From positions 4,938,167 to 5,002,166 of the forward strand of contig MU054001.1 in assembly GCA_013239625.1 (NCBI GenBank): a stretch of DNA of 64,000 nt. Direction: 5' to 3'. The translations under genes were made by a program, and so were the position numbers. Of the stretch, positions 36,791 to 47,734 are shown one piece after another (the stretch's first letter is position 1; every line of letters starts with the position of its first letter). The stretch comes from Lama guanicoe. Taxonomy: Eukaryota. The notes below the pieces were generated by a model. It made no database searches, was not told the origin of the DNA, and was given only the letters and a program-made list of their open reading frames with translations.

Positions 36791-37884
36791 TCTACTGGAC
36801 AACACAGACATATGGGCAAATGGTTAAAATTAAATGTGGTAAGGCCATAATAGAAGGGCGAGAATTAACTGGAGGTCCAGAAGTGGGAGGGAATAACTGA
36901 ATCAGAAAAAAACAAGGGAAGTGCTGGTTTGGAGAAGTGACACTATCGCTACCTCGCCCGTGCCTCCTGTGAGCTCCCCGTGCTCGGTCGGCTCATCCAG
37001 GGTGCGGGTGCTGCTCTTCTGACGGTTCACGCCTCATCTGCTCCTGCAATTTCTTTTGTGCCCCTGGATCCAGCCATTCCTGAAGTACTCTCTGCTTATG
37101 TGGCATCTACAGGTTTCTTTCTGCCTTACATTTGTTTGAGTTGTGTGACTTCTAATATATAAAGACCACAGCTATGTCTGCACACTCATAGCCCTTGTGC
37201 GGACTTTCCCCTCAGCTTTGCATACTCGGTGGCCTCCCCCTCAGCTGAGAGCTGCTTTCTTTCCTCCTTCCTGTGGCTGGATGCTTCTGCCAGAGCTGCA
37301 GTACTGGCAGCTGCCATCCCTGTGGCATCAAAATACCCAAGCATCAATTGTGTGATTGAAGTGTTCCATCAGCCTGGACTGGGGGAGCCACAATCAGACG
37401 TGGTTCGTGGAACAGCTGCCCGTGCAGGGCTGGCAGTTAATTAAAAGCCCCATGCACTTAGCGATTAACTAATCACAGCGTGGCGGCAGCCGGCAAGGAT
37501 GCGGTGACTTCTCCCGGAGTCGGCTGCAGCTCCAAACGTCTGCCCTCCGGCAGCAGCGGCAGCAGGAGGCTTGGGTGGCCCCAGTGCAGACATCCCCAGC
37601 AGTCCACAGTGCCAATTCCCAGCTGTCTCTCCTGCTTAAAGCTCCCAGGAGAGAGAGCGGAAGGGGCTCTGGGTGGGAGGGTGAAGGGTGGGATGTCGCT
37701 GCAAAGGATGGGGTAGGGTGGGGCTGCGGAGGAGAGGAGGGGAGGCTGTCAGGATGTGGCATCCACTGAGGTGGGAGGACTGATAGGATGTTGGGCAGGC
37801 AGGGAGGGAGCTGGCCACAGGGGTGGGCGGAGTCCTGGGATAGCTCAGTGGCAGGAGAGATGACACGCCCCTATCCATTTCCGG

Positions 37885-38080
37885 GCAGTGTGGTGCAGTG
37901 GTTAAGTCATGGCTCTGCCACTTACTGCCCGTGTGACTGTGGGCATGGTTTTCAGCCCATTCTGCCTCCATTTTCTTGGGATTCCCAGTAAAATCTGGGA
38001 TTAATAACCATACCTATTTCCCGGAGTTGTGGCTAGGATTAATCCGGGTGAAGGATTTCTAACACAATAAGCACGTGAAA
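37885..38080 (+). mobile_element. MIR SINE
   Basis: cagtgtggtgcagtggttaag...ggctctgccacttactg. Confidence 0.65.
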
Positions 38081-38251
38081 AATTAGTAGCAGAGGGCTGC
38101 TTCCTCACGGTGAGGAAAGGAAGGGCCATGAAAGTGGAAAGTGACTTTGGTTCCAATGTACCAGGCCCTCCCACCCCCCACCCCCCCAGACCCCGAGGAG
38201 AAGTCTGGGGACTTTGAGAGCAGCCTTGAGGCTGGGGTTGCTGGGGCGGTG

Positions 38252-39497
38252 CTATAAGACAGGTGGCAGCCTAAGCAGGCAGAACTCGGAGCGGCTCCAG
38301 AAGCTGCGTTGCCCTGGAGGGCCCTGCGGCTGCTGCCCCCACGTGGCCACTCGGCCACCCTTGGCATGCTCCCGGGCCCAGCTCCGTGGCTCCAGATTCT
38401 GACCCTGCCCATCACGGGACCCCACGAGACTGCAAGTAGCTGTGACTTCGACATCTTTCATCTGGGCCCCCAGACTCCCTGTTACTTAACAGGAAAAGCT
38501 CACACTTCCTCACCTGGCTTCTTGTGACCTCCATGTAGCCTGCGGTCCCCAAAGCTGCCACACTCTTGGCTGACTCTGTTCCTGCCAAAGAATACTTTCT
38601 CTACCCTCCTGGCCCTTTACCTCTGGAAGTCTAAACCCTCCCCTTCTCCAAGGCCAGGTCTGCGGGGACGCTCTGTGGTCTCTCTCTTGTGCGGCTGTCA
38701 GCTGGCCCAGGGGCGGCTTGGCAGAGCTCCAGCTCACGCTGGTCTTGAAGGGCCTCCCTGAGGCGGCGGTGCTGGGGCTGAGCCTTGTGTGAGGGGCTGG
38801 GGGAGCCCGTGGAGCTGGCAGACGGCGGAGGAGGCTGCAGCAAGGAGGAGAGGTTTGTGAGGCGGAGGAGGAAGGGCCTCAGTGGCTCACAGCTGGTGGC
38901 GTCGTCTCTCACTGGTGCGAGGTGGGAGACCTCCCCGCCCTGGGCCAGCTGTGCCACAGCCTGGCAGGATGTCGTATGGCTTGGGAAAGTCCGAGTTGAG
39001 AGGTTGGGTCCTGGAAATTGACCTTGCATCTACGACTTGTGTGAAAGCGATAGGGAACTGTCTGGCTGAACTGCTGTCACGTGATCACCCCTCTGCCGGG
39101 TGGGACCCTTAGCTGAGCACTCAGAGTGGACCCTGTGGGGTGGGATGGATTCCAAAAGCAATATTGGGGTGCTAGTATCAGAAGAGGACAAAACCAACCG
39201 ATGTGTCCCCTCCACTGAGCCAGGTCCAGGCTTCTGTTCACATCTGTGAGGGGGCACTGGGCTGGAGCCTCAGGAAGATGCCCTCCCTCCACCCCAACAT
39301 CTGTCCAGGCCCTTCCCTATGGGCCAGGCCCAGCTGGGAAGCGGTCAGCAGGTGAGTGTTTGCTTCCAGGCCTGTTGCTGAGGGTCCGGGATGTTCTCCG
39401 TATTCTGAGGAATGTTTATGGTCAGTCAATGCACTATCTCTGGCTGCTGCATGACTGCAGGCAAGATCTTTGCCTCCTCCAAACCTCTGTGTCCTCG
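38252..39497 (-). pseudogene. Candidate decayed gene, large terminal exon ending ...FCLLRLPPVL*
   Basis: Acceptor acctcctattcccag|CG in phase 1. About 1.25 kb with no repeat I can recognise, tiled by consecutive minus-strand ORFs. ORFs 39030-39257 and 38631-39029 are one frame split by a single TAG. Codons look coding-like (C/G-ending) and many CpGs are retained. Confidence 0.48.
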
Positions 39498-39677
39498 CTG
39501 GGAATAGGAGGTGTAGCAGATGAGAAGGTGCTTTGGACACAGTGAAGTGCCCGGACAGACCGCTCACGATTGCGTTTGTTGCTGCTCATGGCTTAGGAGG
39601 GAGTGGCCCGTTTCCTCCCTTTGACTTTGGTCCTGCTCCCTTCCAGTCCCCATCTCCCTCCAGCATCCTCTCCCCAC

Positions 39678-39777
39678 CTTCTCCTGGCCCTCTCCCTTGG
39701 GACTGGGACCTGTGCCTGCGTTCCTGCTGTGGGTACTGCTGAAGGAACCCTGTCCCAGGGCCTTGACCCTTCTTAGC
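39678..39777 (-). pseudogene. Candidate decayed gene, penultimate exon (AKKGQGPGTG...GRGPGE+G)
   Basis: Acceptor ccctgtcttctccag|GCT and donor AAG|GTGGGG; 100 nt, phase 0/1, matching the phase of the next acceptor. Confidence 0.45.
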
Positions 39778-40109
39778 CTGGAGAAGACAGGGCTGTGCAG
39801 TCAGCAGAACGGGGTGGGTGCAGGATGCCTGGGAGGCTGGGGGCCAAGTTGGCCCCATGTTAGGGGCAGGGGGCCTGGGGAGCGGCAGTGATGAGATGAT
39901 GGTGTGGAGGGCAGGAGCACAGTCCTCACAGCCTTGCTCTGAATAAAGGACATTCAGGTCACAATCACTATAACAAAGTTGGAGGGACCCAATTTCCCAG
40001 CCAGAATTGCTAGAAATAAACATCTGGGGCTTGAGGATGGTCACTGGTTTTGGGGGAGCTCTTGGCTTTAATTAAATTGGTCACTCATCGGATAATTCAA
40101 TAAGTACCT

Positions 40110-40450
40110 TGTCTTACAAAAGCATTGTGGACTGGAGGCTTAAGGAACAGGGCTTTATTTCTCACAGTTCTGGAGGCTGGGAAACCCGAGATCTGGGTAC
40201 CAGCGTGGTCAGGTTCTTGTGAGGGCTCTCTGCCTGCTTTGCAGACGGCTGTCTTCTTGCTGGGTCCTCACGTGGCAAAGAGCAGAGGGAGGAAGAGAGC
40301 TCTCTCGTGTTCTTACAAGGGCGCTGATCCCATCATGACCTAATTCCTTCCCCTAAAGGGCCCATCTCCTAACACCATCACACTAGGGGTTAGGATTTCA
40401 ATGTACGAATTTGGTGGATGGGGTGAGGGGGACACATTCCATCCATAACA
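40110..40450 (-). mobile_element. MLT1A-like MaLR LTR
   Basis: tttatttctcacagttctggaggctgggaa...ggttaggatttcaatgtacgaattt. Confidence 0.8.
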
Positions 40451-41696
40451 TACTTCTTATGGTTTCCATAATGCATTCATATCTGTTTTCTCATTGGGCT
40501 TTATCTGCATTTCACAGAGGGGAAACTTAAAGCAAGAGGGACTAGGAGACTTGCCCAAGTTTACACAGCAGTGGCTTAAGCTTGGTAGAACTTTCTTTCT
40601 TGTTTACAGAAGTATGTGGTGGATGGTCTGGAATGATCCTTGGGGCCCACTGTATACTACAGCCCAGCTGGACATCATCTGGGCTGTGAAAGACCAAATG
40701 GGGAGGAAGGGGAGTCACAGGTTGGGTTTCTAGAAATAGACCCTGCATCCAAGACTCCTGTAAAGGTAATTCATTAGGAGATGTTCCAGAAATGACCAGG
40801 AAGGGCTGGGAATTGATCTACATAGAGAAAGAGTCTTGCCCTGCGGAGAGGGAGCTGGGTCAGCTCATCTGCTCCACAGCTTGTGACTTGTGTCTTGCTA
40901 GGAACTAAACCTCTCACAGAAGTATGCAGGCGGGTGATCCAGGGCTGCTGTGACCCTGGGACCTGGTCCCCTTCTATCCTGTGCTCCACCATCCTCCAAT
41001 ATGGCAGCACAGGCTCCAGCCATCATACCCACCCTTCCAGCCAAAAGAAAGGAGGAAAGGAGGAGAAGGCGAGGTTCTGCTCTCTTTAAGGACACATCTT
41101 TGAAGCTGCACGTGATGCCTCTGCTTCCAGGTTTGGGGCCAGATCCAAGGTGTGTTGGTACCCCCAGCTAGCAAGGGAAGCTAAGAAATGGAGGCTTTAT
41201 TCTATGCAATCTGTGCCAGTTAAATATATGTTCTGTTACTGATGAAGGAGGGGGCTAGATGTTGCAGAAAAAGTAGCAGCCATTGTTATAGTCAGTGAGT
41301 ATGAAAATGGACTTGACCACAGTCCTAGAGATTTCTCTTCAAGAGCAGAGAGTTGTAGCTGTTGGGAGAAGAATCTTCATAAGCGGAGAGGGTGGGGTGT
41401 GGCTGAGCCCCAGGGTCTCTGGGTCCGCTGAGGCCCTTATTTGTTGTATAAGACTCCACTCATTGAATAGCTGACTCCAGAAGGATGGTGGTGTAGACAG
41501 AATTCCCTGGAAATGCCTTGGGTTGGGCAGCCAGAGGGAACTGTATTGTACTAAATCCTTAGCTGGGAGCTGGGCGCTTGGCTTTTGAGTTCCTCGCTTA
41601 CCTGTAGTTTTCTAGGTGACTCCAGGCAGGCCTCTAACATCCCTCAGGCTCTGTTCTGTCATCTGTAAGATGAAAACAATGTGAGGAATTAATTTG

Positions 41697-42534
41697 GTGT
41701 CAGACGAGGGTGAGGCAAGAGGTACTTAACTCAGACAAAGTTTCAGAGGGACCAAAAGAGTCAGCAATTATGATCAGTAGTATTGTAATGCAGTCTTTTT
41801 TATTGTGATAAAATGTATACAACATACATCAAATTTACCATTTTAAGTGCTCAGGTCAGTGGCATGAAGCATGTTCATATTGCTGTACAACCATCAGCAC
41901 CATCCATTTCCACCATCATCCATTCATCTTTCCCAGTTGAAACTCTGTACTCTTGAAACACTAACTCCCTATTCCCTGCTCCCCCAGCCCCAGGGGTCAC
42001 TCTACTTTCCATCTCTCTGAATCTGACTCCTCTAGGTACTTCGTATAAGTGGAATCACACAGCATTTGTCTTTTTGTGACTGGCTTCTTTCACTTAGCAT
42101 AACGTCCTTGAGGCTGTTCCATGCTGTACCACATGTCAGAATTTCCTTCCTTTTTCAGGAGGAATAAAATTCCATTGTGGATAGGCCACATTTTGTTTAT
42201 CCATTCTTCGGTCAATGGACACATGGGTTGCTTTCTACCTTTCAGCTATGGTGAGTAATGCTGCTATGAATACAGGAGTGCAGATACCTAAGTCTTCACT
42301 TTCATTAATGCAGTATTACTTTTTAAAAGCAAAATTCACGCCCAAAAGTCCATGATCTATCAAAAAGTGAAATAAAGACGAGCCAGAAACAGAACGGCGC
42401 TGAGCCACAGGAGAGCCTGAGGCCAAGGGAAGGATGGATAATACTCATCTTGCATTATCCTGTTTGTGGTGGCGCCCCCTTAAAATCTGTGTCCCCGGTG
42501 ACTGCCTCGCTCTCCTCACCCTCGTCCTGTCCTG
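41697..42534. mobile_element. MER96B-like hAT-Tip100 DNA transposon interrupted by L1
   Basis: Perfect inverted repeats GACGAGGGTGAGG (41703-41715) and CCTCACCCTCGTC (42514-42526); ggcgcccccttaaaat subterminal motif. Confidence 0.72.
41795..42305 (-). mobile_element. L1MB-like LINE-1 3' fragment
   Basis: ataagtggaatcacacagcatttgtctttttgtgactggcttctttcacttagcataa; direct repeat TAATGCAGT at 41786-41794 and 42306-42314. Confidence 0.82.
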
Positions 42535-43398
42535 ATGAAGATGAAATGAGCCTGGCTGAGCACGCTGGCGCAGGAGCCTCCTCTCCCCCTGCCTCCATGG
42601 GCTGATTGAGGACCTGGAGTGATGGGGCAGCCTCTATGTTGGCAAGCTGAAGCTGGGGTTTCCTCTCGTCTTGGAGAGATCCATCTTAATTAGCCCCTCA
42701 GATAACAGTTCCTTCTGAGGCAGCTGAATTATGGAGACAGGCCCTGTGTCTTCCTTCCTTTGGGGTTGTTTTGCCAAGTGACAAACCAAGAGATGCATGT
42801 TCTCTGCTCTGGATTGTTTGGCAGCACTGGGTTTGGGACCACTTAATGAGGCAGGAGACGGCGTTTCCAGTCCGTTATCTTGTAGCCTGGGCAGGCGGGA
42901 GTCTGTGCAATCCCCGTGTGAGTGTGTGTGCGATGGGCCCTCCAGGAAGAAGACACGTCCCCCTTCCTGAGCTCAGAGCCCCCAAAAGGGGACATCTTCC
43001 CTCAGTCATTCAAGGAACACTTAGTGAGCACCTACTGTCTGCCGGGCAGTGAGTGAGTAGGTGGGAATGGGGCCTGGGAAGGAGATGGGTCAGTTGTGGC
43101 CCTGACTTTAAGGAGCTTATAACTGAAAACACGTGTTAGTGCATTGTCAGGAATTGAGGTGTGCCAGGCTTTGGTTATGTGGGATGGTGAACGAGAGGTG
43201 GTGTGAGGCCTTGGCTGGGGAGTGTGTGTGTGTTTGTGTGTTTCTGTGTTTGTGTCTGAGGAAGGGGCTGAGGGCCTCTCTGAAGCCTAAACCTTGCCTG
43301 CTAACCTGAGACTGACCAGCAGATGGCGTGGGTGCTACGGGAAAGTCAGGGACTTCGGGGGATGGAGGGAGGGGAAGTGGGGGGAGAGAGAGAAAGAA

Positions 43399-43778
43399 TG
43401 TTAGTCTGTTTGGACTGCCATAACAAAACACCGTAGATTGGATGGCTTGACAACAGAAATTTCTTATGGTTTTGGAGGCTGGCAAGTCCAAGGTCAAGGT
43501 TCCAGCAAGGCAGGTTTCACTGAGGCCTCGTCTCTTGGCTTGTAGCTGCCGCCATCTCACTGTGCTCACAGGGCCTTTCTTAGTGTATAAATGTGGTGGT
43601 GGTGGTGGGGGTGGTTTCCTATTTATATAAGGCAGCCAGTCCTATCGGATCAGGGTCCCACCCTTATGACTTCATATAACCTTTTAATGCCCTCCTAAAG
43701 ACCCTCTTTCCAAATACATTCACATTGGCGTTAGGGATTTAACATATGAATTTAGGGGGCAAAATTCAGTTCATTGCA
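43399..43778 (-). mobile_element. MLT1A/B-like MaLR LTR
   Basis: gccataacaaaacacc...ggaggctggcaagtccaaggtcaagg...aacatatgaatttagggg. Confidence 0.8.
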
Positions 43779-44649
43779 GACAGAGAGGGCGACAAGGAGA
43801 CAAGGAGAGAGGGAAAAGGAGGGAGAGAGAAAAGGAAAGAGGGAGGGAGAGACAGAGAGAGAGGGAGGGCCCTGGCAGGGAACACAGGCCTCCAAGCTAA
43901 TAGCGAGAAAAATTCTCCTTGGACACAAGGTTATCAAATAAAGCTGTCCAAGATGGGAGCCTCGGTCCTGCCTTGGTTTGCTGGACGGTGACGCCCACCC
44001 AGCCCTTGGCTTCCACTGTGTGGCAAGTGCAGGGCTGTATACAGAGGAGAATCCACTCCTTTTCTCTCAGAGACACACGAGGGACGCCCAAATCTAATAA
44101 GTTAATCTAGACTCCTAGAAACAAGATTAAATTTTCAAATAAAGGCAGGCTCTGACAGCTAAGGCATAAATCTTTTATTTAAAATACAGACTAAACCCAT
44201 TCAAATGCAATCAGCGATGACAGATGCAGATAGAAACAAGCTTTGATAGAATAGACACGGTGTGGATTTGTTCACTCTTGGTAACACATCACAAAGGGTG
44301 ACCTTAAGTGCGGTCTCAGTGTCAGCCAACAGCCTCTGCACTCATTTCCCTGTGGCTCATTGGCCCAAGGTGGTGCCAGGGGAGATGCTGAGGCAGGTGG
44401 GAAGGAGCCAGCCTGGAAGGACATCATGGTCCCATTGCCACCCCGTCAGCTGCCACAAGAGGGCAGGGAAGAGGGTTAGTTAGCAGTATTTGGAGGTAAC
44501 TGGAGCAGCCAGAGGACATGGAGGGGGAGAGATGGGGAGCTGTCAAGAGCAGGTGGGAGATGGTCGAGGCAAGAGGAGAAGGTAGTTGAGGACAGTGGGA
44601 GAATTTCCTACAGCTGCCAGAGCAAAGGAAATTGTACAGTCCTCTGCCT

Positions 44650-44830
44650 CGGCTACCTATGGGTGGGCATTCCTGAGTGCCAGACACTGAGCGTGCCCTA
44701 TACGATCTCATTGAATCCTTGCATCAAACCCTTTTAGAGATAACAGGCTGAAGCTCACAGAGGTTAAGTCCACTGAATTACACATCCAGTTAGTGGCAGA
44801 GACACAAGGCGTGCTGACTCCAGTCCCTTG
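44650..44830 (-). mobile_element. MIR SINE
   Basis: gtgccagacactg...atctcattgaatcct...agaggttaagt. Confidence 0.55.
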
Positions 44831-44899
44831 CTCTTCCCACCTGAGACTTCACAGCTCACAGACTCCCCCCAGAAACGCCAGGGAGTCTCACGAACTTAC

Positions 44900-45109
44900 T
44901 GGCACCTCCTTTGCTCTAACTCAGGCAAAGAACAGAGAATGATTTCTCCTAATTATCATCCCCTTTCTGAAGCTTTTGGATGCCTGCTGCCAGACCTCTT
45001 CACAGCAGCACAAACTCAAAGTCACCAGCACAAACACATCCCTGAGGACCAGAGGGGTGCCAAATGGATAACCCTTGAGTCCATGTTCAAGGGCATGTTT
45101 AATAGAATG
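44900..45109 (-). pseudogene. Candidate decayed gene, internal exon (HSIKHALEHG...FFA*VRAKEVP)
   Basis: Very strong acceptor ttttttctttgtttgcag| and donor CCA|GTAAGT; exactly 210 nt with a single TGA (44923-44921) in the phase-0 frame. Confidence 0.4.
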
Positions 45110-46039
45110 CTGCAAACAAAGAAAAAACCCATACAAGACAGTGTTTGTGTTACATAAGTTTGGGAAACACTGCCTACTATAACCCCTCCTGAAGAGTCAC
45201 AAAACACATCAGACTATTAAAGGCCCTGAGAAATCCTGCAGAAAAAAAGGCCTATTTAAGCTCATTTAACCCAGACTTTCCCCTAATTAGGGTGAACATG
45301 AAAATGTTTTTGTTTCTCTCTTTAGACATAAGATCACATCAACTCATCTTCGAAGGAACCCATTTGGGGAAACCTTTATGTAAGAAAATCATTTCAAGTT
45401 AGCCTGTGTCTCCCTGCTTCTCCAAAATGCATATTATGGTACATGAAACTTCACCATTGCATACTTGAAGAAATGCCTAGAGAAGCCACAATTGGCATTG
45501 GTGATTCATTTTTTTTTTGGATAAGTCTTCTCAGATAATTTGATGAAAGTTGTGGATTTCTTTTTCCTGGGTGGAGAGACGAAACACTCATGTACATTAT
45601 GTACATACACTCAGAGAGTTGAATTTAGATTTAGGGATTTGTGGGTTCTTTATTTCCCATAAGCCTCAGGCCATAAACCTCTGCTTTAAGTCATCATCAG
45701 CTAAAGCCCTTGGTGCCACTAGCAGCCAAGCACTAGACCTTGGGAGGGGGGCGAGGCCTGTCAGGGTAGGGCTGCTGGGAGGGAGGCGCTGAGTGAAGGG
45801 GCCAAGCCCACTTCTGTCCTTCTGACAAGGGAAGCCTGGAGGCTCGTATCAGTTTCGTATGTACAATGGATGGAGTAATCCACAGGGGCCTGGGGTGGGG
45901 GTGGGAAGGCATCGGGCAGCTTGGTGAGCAGAGCCCTCCCTGCAGGTCTCAGGGACTTTCCTATAGCCCAGGGGGGAGTCTCAAGCTCAGTGCTTCCACG
46001 TTTCTCCCAGCTCCCACGGCCTAGTGTATGAGAATCCTG

Positions 46040-46590
46040 CTGCTGACTCTTGCCCAGCACACATTCCCTGTCCCCCTTCTTTTGAGAATGGCACCCCAGT
46101 AGTTCTTGGGGAACCACCCCTGCTGCACACTAGTCCATGTGTGTGGTATGAGCAGATCTCACCCCTAGATTTGAGGAGGGCTCACAACCCAGGCTTATGA
46201 CCTGGACAGTGAGAGGATATCATCTTCCAGGTCACAGTGATTGGTTTAGGGATAGGCAGGGGACCTAAGCCAGGACAATTAGTGCCAAAGGGATAAATTA
46301 TAGGACTTTTACTGAGAAAAAGCTGTTCTCTTGGGGCTGTGGATAAAAAGGTATGCCTGCAGCTGCTGGCGGCCACCTTGACCCATGAGGGGAGAAATGG
46401 ATCCTCTGCTGAAGAGATCAAGTGAGAGGTGGAGAGGTGGGGAGTGTCCCAGTGAGACTGTTCAAGACTATCCAGCTATGCCCCAAAGGAGTCCTACTCC
46501 AGCGCAGCTACAGGAACCAATGCCTTTCCTTTCTTGCTTAAGACCATGTGTGTTGGATTTCTGTCACTTGCAACTTAAAGAGTCCTGACA
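46040..46590 (+). mobile_element. Old MLT1 (K-like) LTR
   Basis: ggtcacagtgattggtttaggga...ggatttctgtcacttgcaacttaaagagtcctgac. Confidence 0.6.
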
Positions 46591-46959
46591 AATCCCCTGT
46601 GGTTAAAAACACATTCCCAGGTCCGCGCCAGGTAGCTGGATTAGAATCTCCAGGAATGTAGATTGATCTACCTACCTACTTACCTGTAGATAGGTAGATA
46701 GATAGATATGCCTATATTTTATACATCTATGTATATATGTCTTCCTGGGGGAATCTAATGATCTAACAGCTCTAGCTTATGAAAATTTCCCCTGCTTTTG
46801 TATCATGGAGGTTGCAAGATGCCCAGCTGTGAAATCCGAGATGACCCACGTGTGGAGTTCACCCAGTGCAAGCTCAGGAGTCAAGGCATTTTACATGGTT
46901 GGCCCTTAGTTTATTCACAATCGCAAGCTCTCAAATGGGACTAAGAATAACGTGACTGT

Positions 46960-47370
46960 GACAACTTCTCAGGTTTGTACTGTGTTTATCAAAACTTATC
47001 TCCTCAACTTCCTGCACCCACAGCTAGACCACACCTGCCAGCCCCACTTAGGTTTGGCCATGAGCTGGGTTCTAACCAACAGAATGTGAGCAAAAGTGAT
47101 GTGTGGCACTTCCAGACTCAGCTTATGACAATCTCCCCTGGTATTCATCATGATTTTTCCCTTTAGCTCGATCAGAAAACACAGTGACCTTAGAGGCCAT
47201 GTTGGAAGGTGACAGAACCACAAGGAGGAAGAACTCTGGGTACCAGAATCACTCTTGGCGGCTAGCTTCATGACTATCAGGAATCCGCGTTTGGGACTTT
47301 ACACAAGCCAGATACAAATGTCTATTGTGTTAAGCCACTGGGATTTGAGGGTTGATCTGTTACAGTTGTT
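46960..47370 (+). mobile_element. Old MLT1 (I/J-like) LTR
   Basis: ttctaaccaacagaatgtgagcaaaagtgatgtgtggcacttccag...tattgtgttaagccactgggatttgaggg. Confidence 0.6.
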
Positions 47371-47708
47371 TCCTTAACAGTGAATTTTTATGAATTTCAG
47401 ATAACTTTTACATCCACTGATTCATCTGTGTTTTACAAAAACTCCGGGTGACAGTCTGGGAATGGTATTTTACAGGTGACAATGCTTGTCCTAGCTCAAA
47501 TAGTTGGTGGGAGGATAGAAAATGGTTCTAAGAAGAGCAGTTTGATGAGGATGTGAAGAGATTATGATGATGGGTCTTTCCATGGTCCTGGCCCCCTTCT
47601 TATTAGTTCAGGCATTTTTGTAGTTAGAGCTCTTCCCTGGGACTCAATATCCATCTTACCACCCTCTTTGTCTCCAGCCCTTTTGCAGTGAAGGCTCTGG
47701 GGTGGAGT

Positions 47709-47734
47709 GGGGTTGGGGTGGGGTTGGGGTGGGG
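47709..47734 (+). repeat. GGGG-tract repeat with alternating TT/T spacers
   Basis: GGGGTTGGGGTGGGGTTGGGGTGGGG. Confidence 0.9.

Noticed and set aside
41300..41510. Possible extra relic exon (GILSTPPSFWSQLFNEW...)
   Set aside because: The acceptor is plausible but no good donor or phase link was found.
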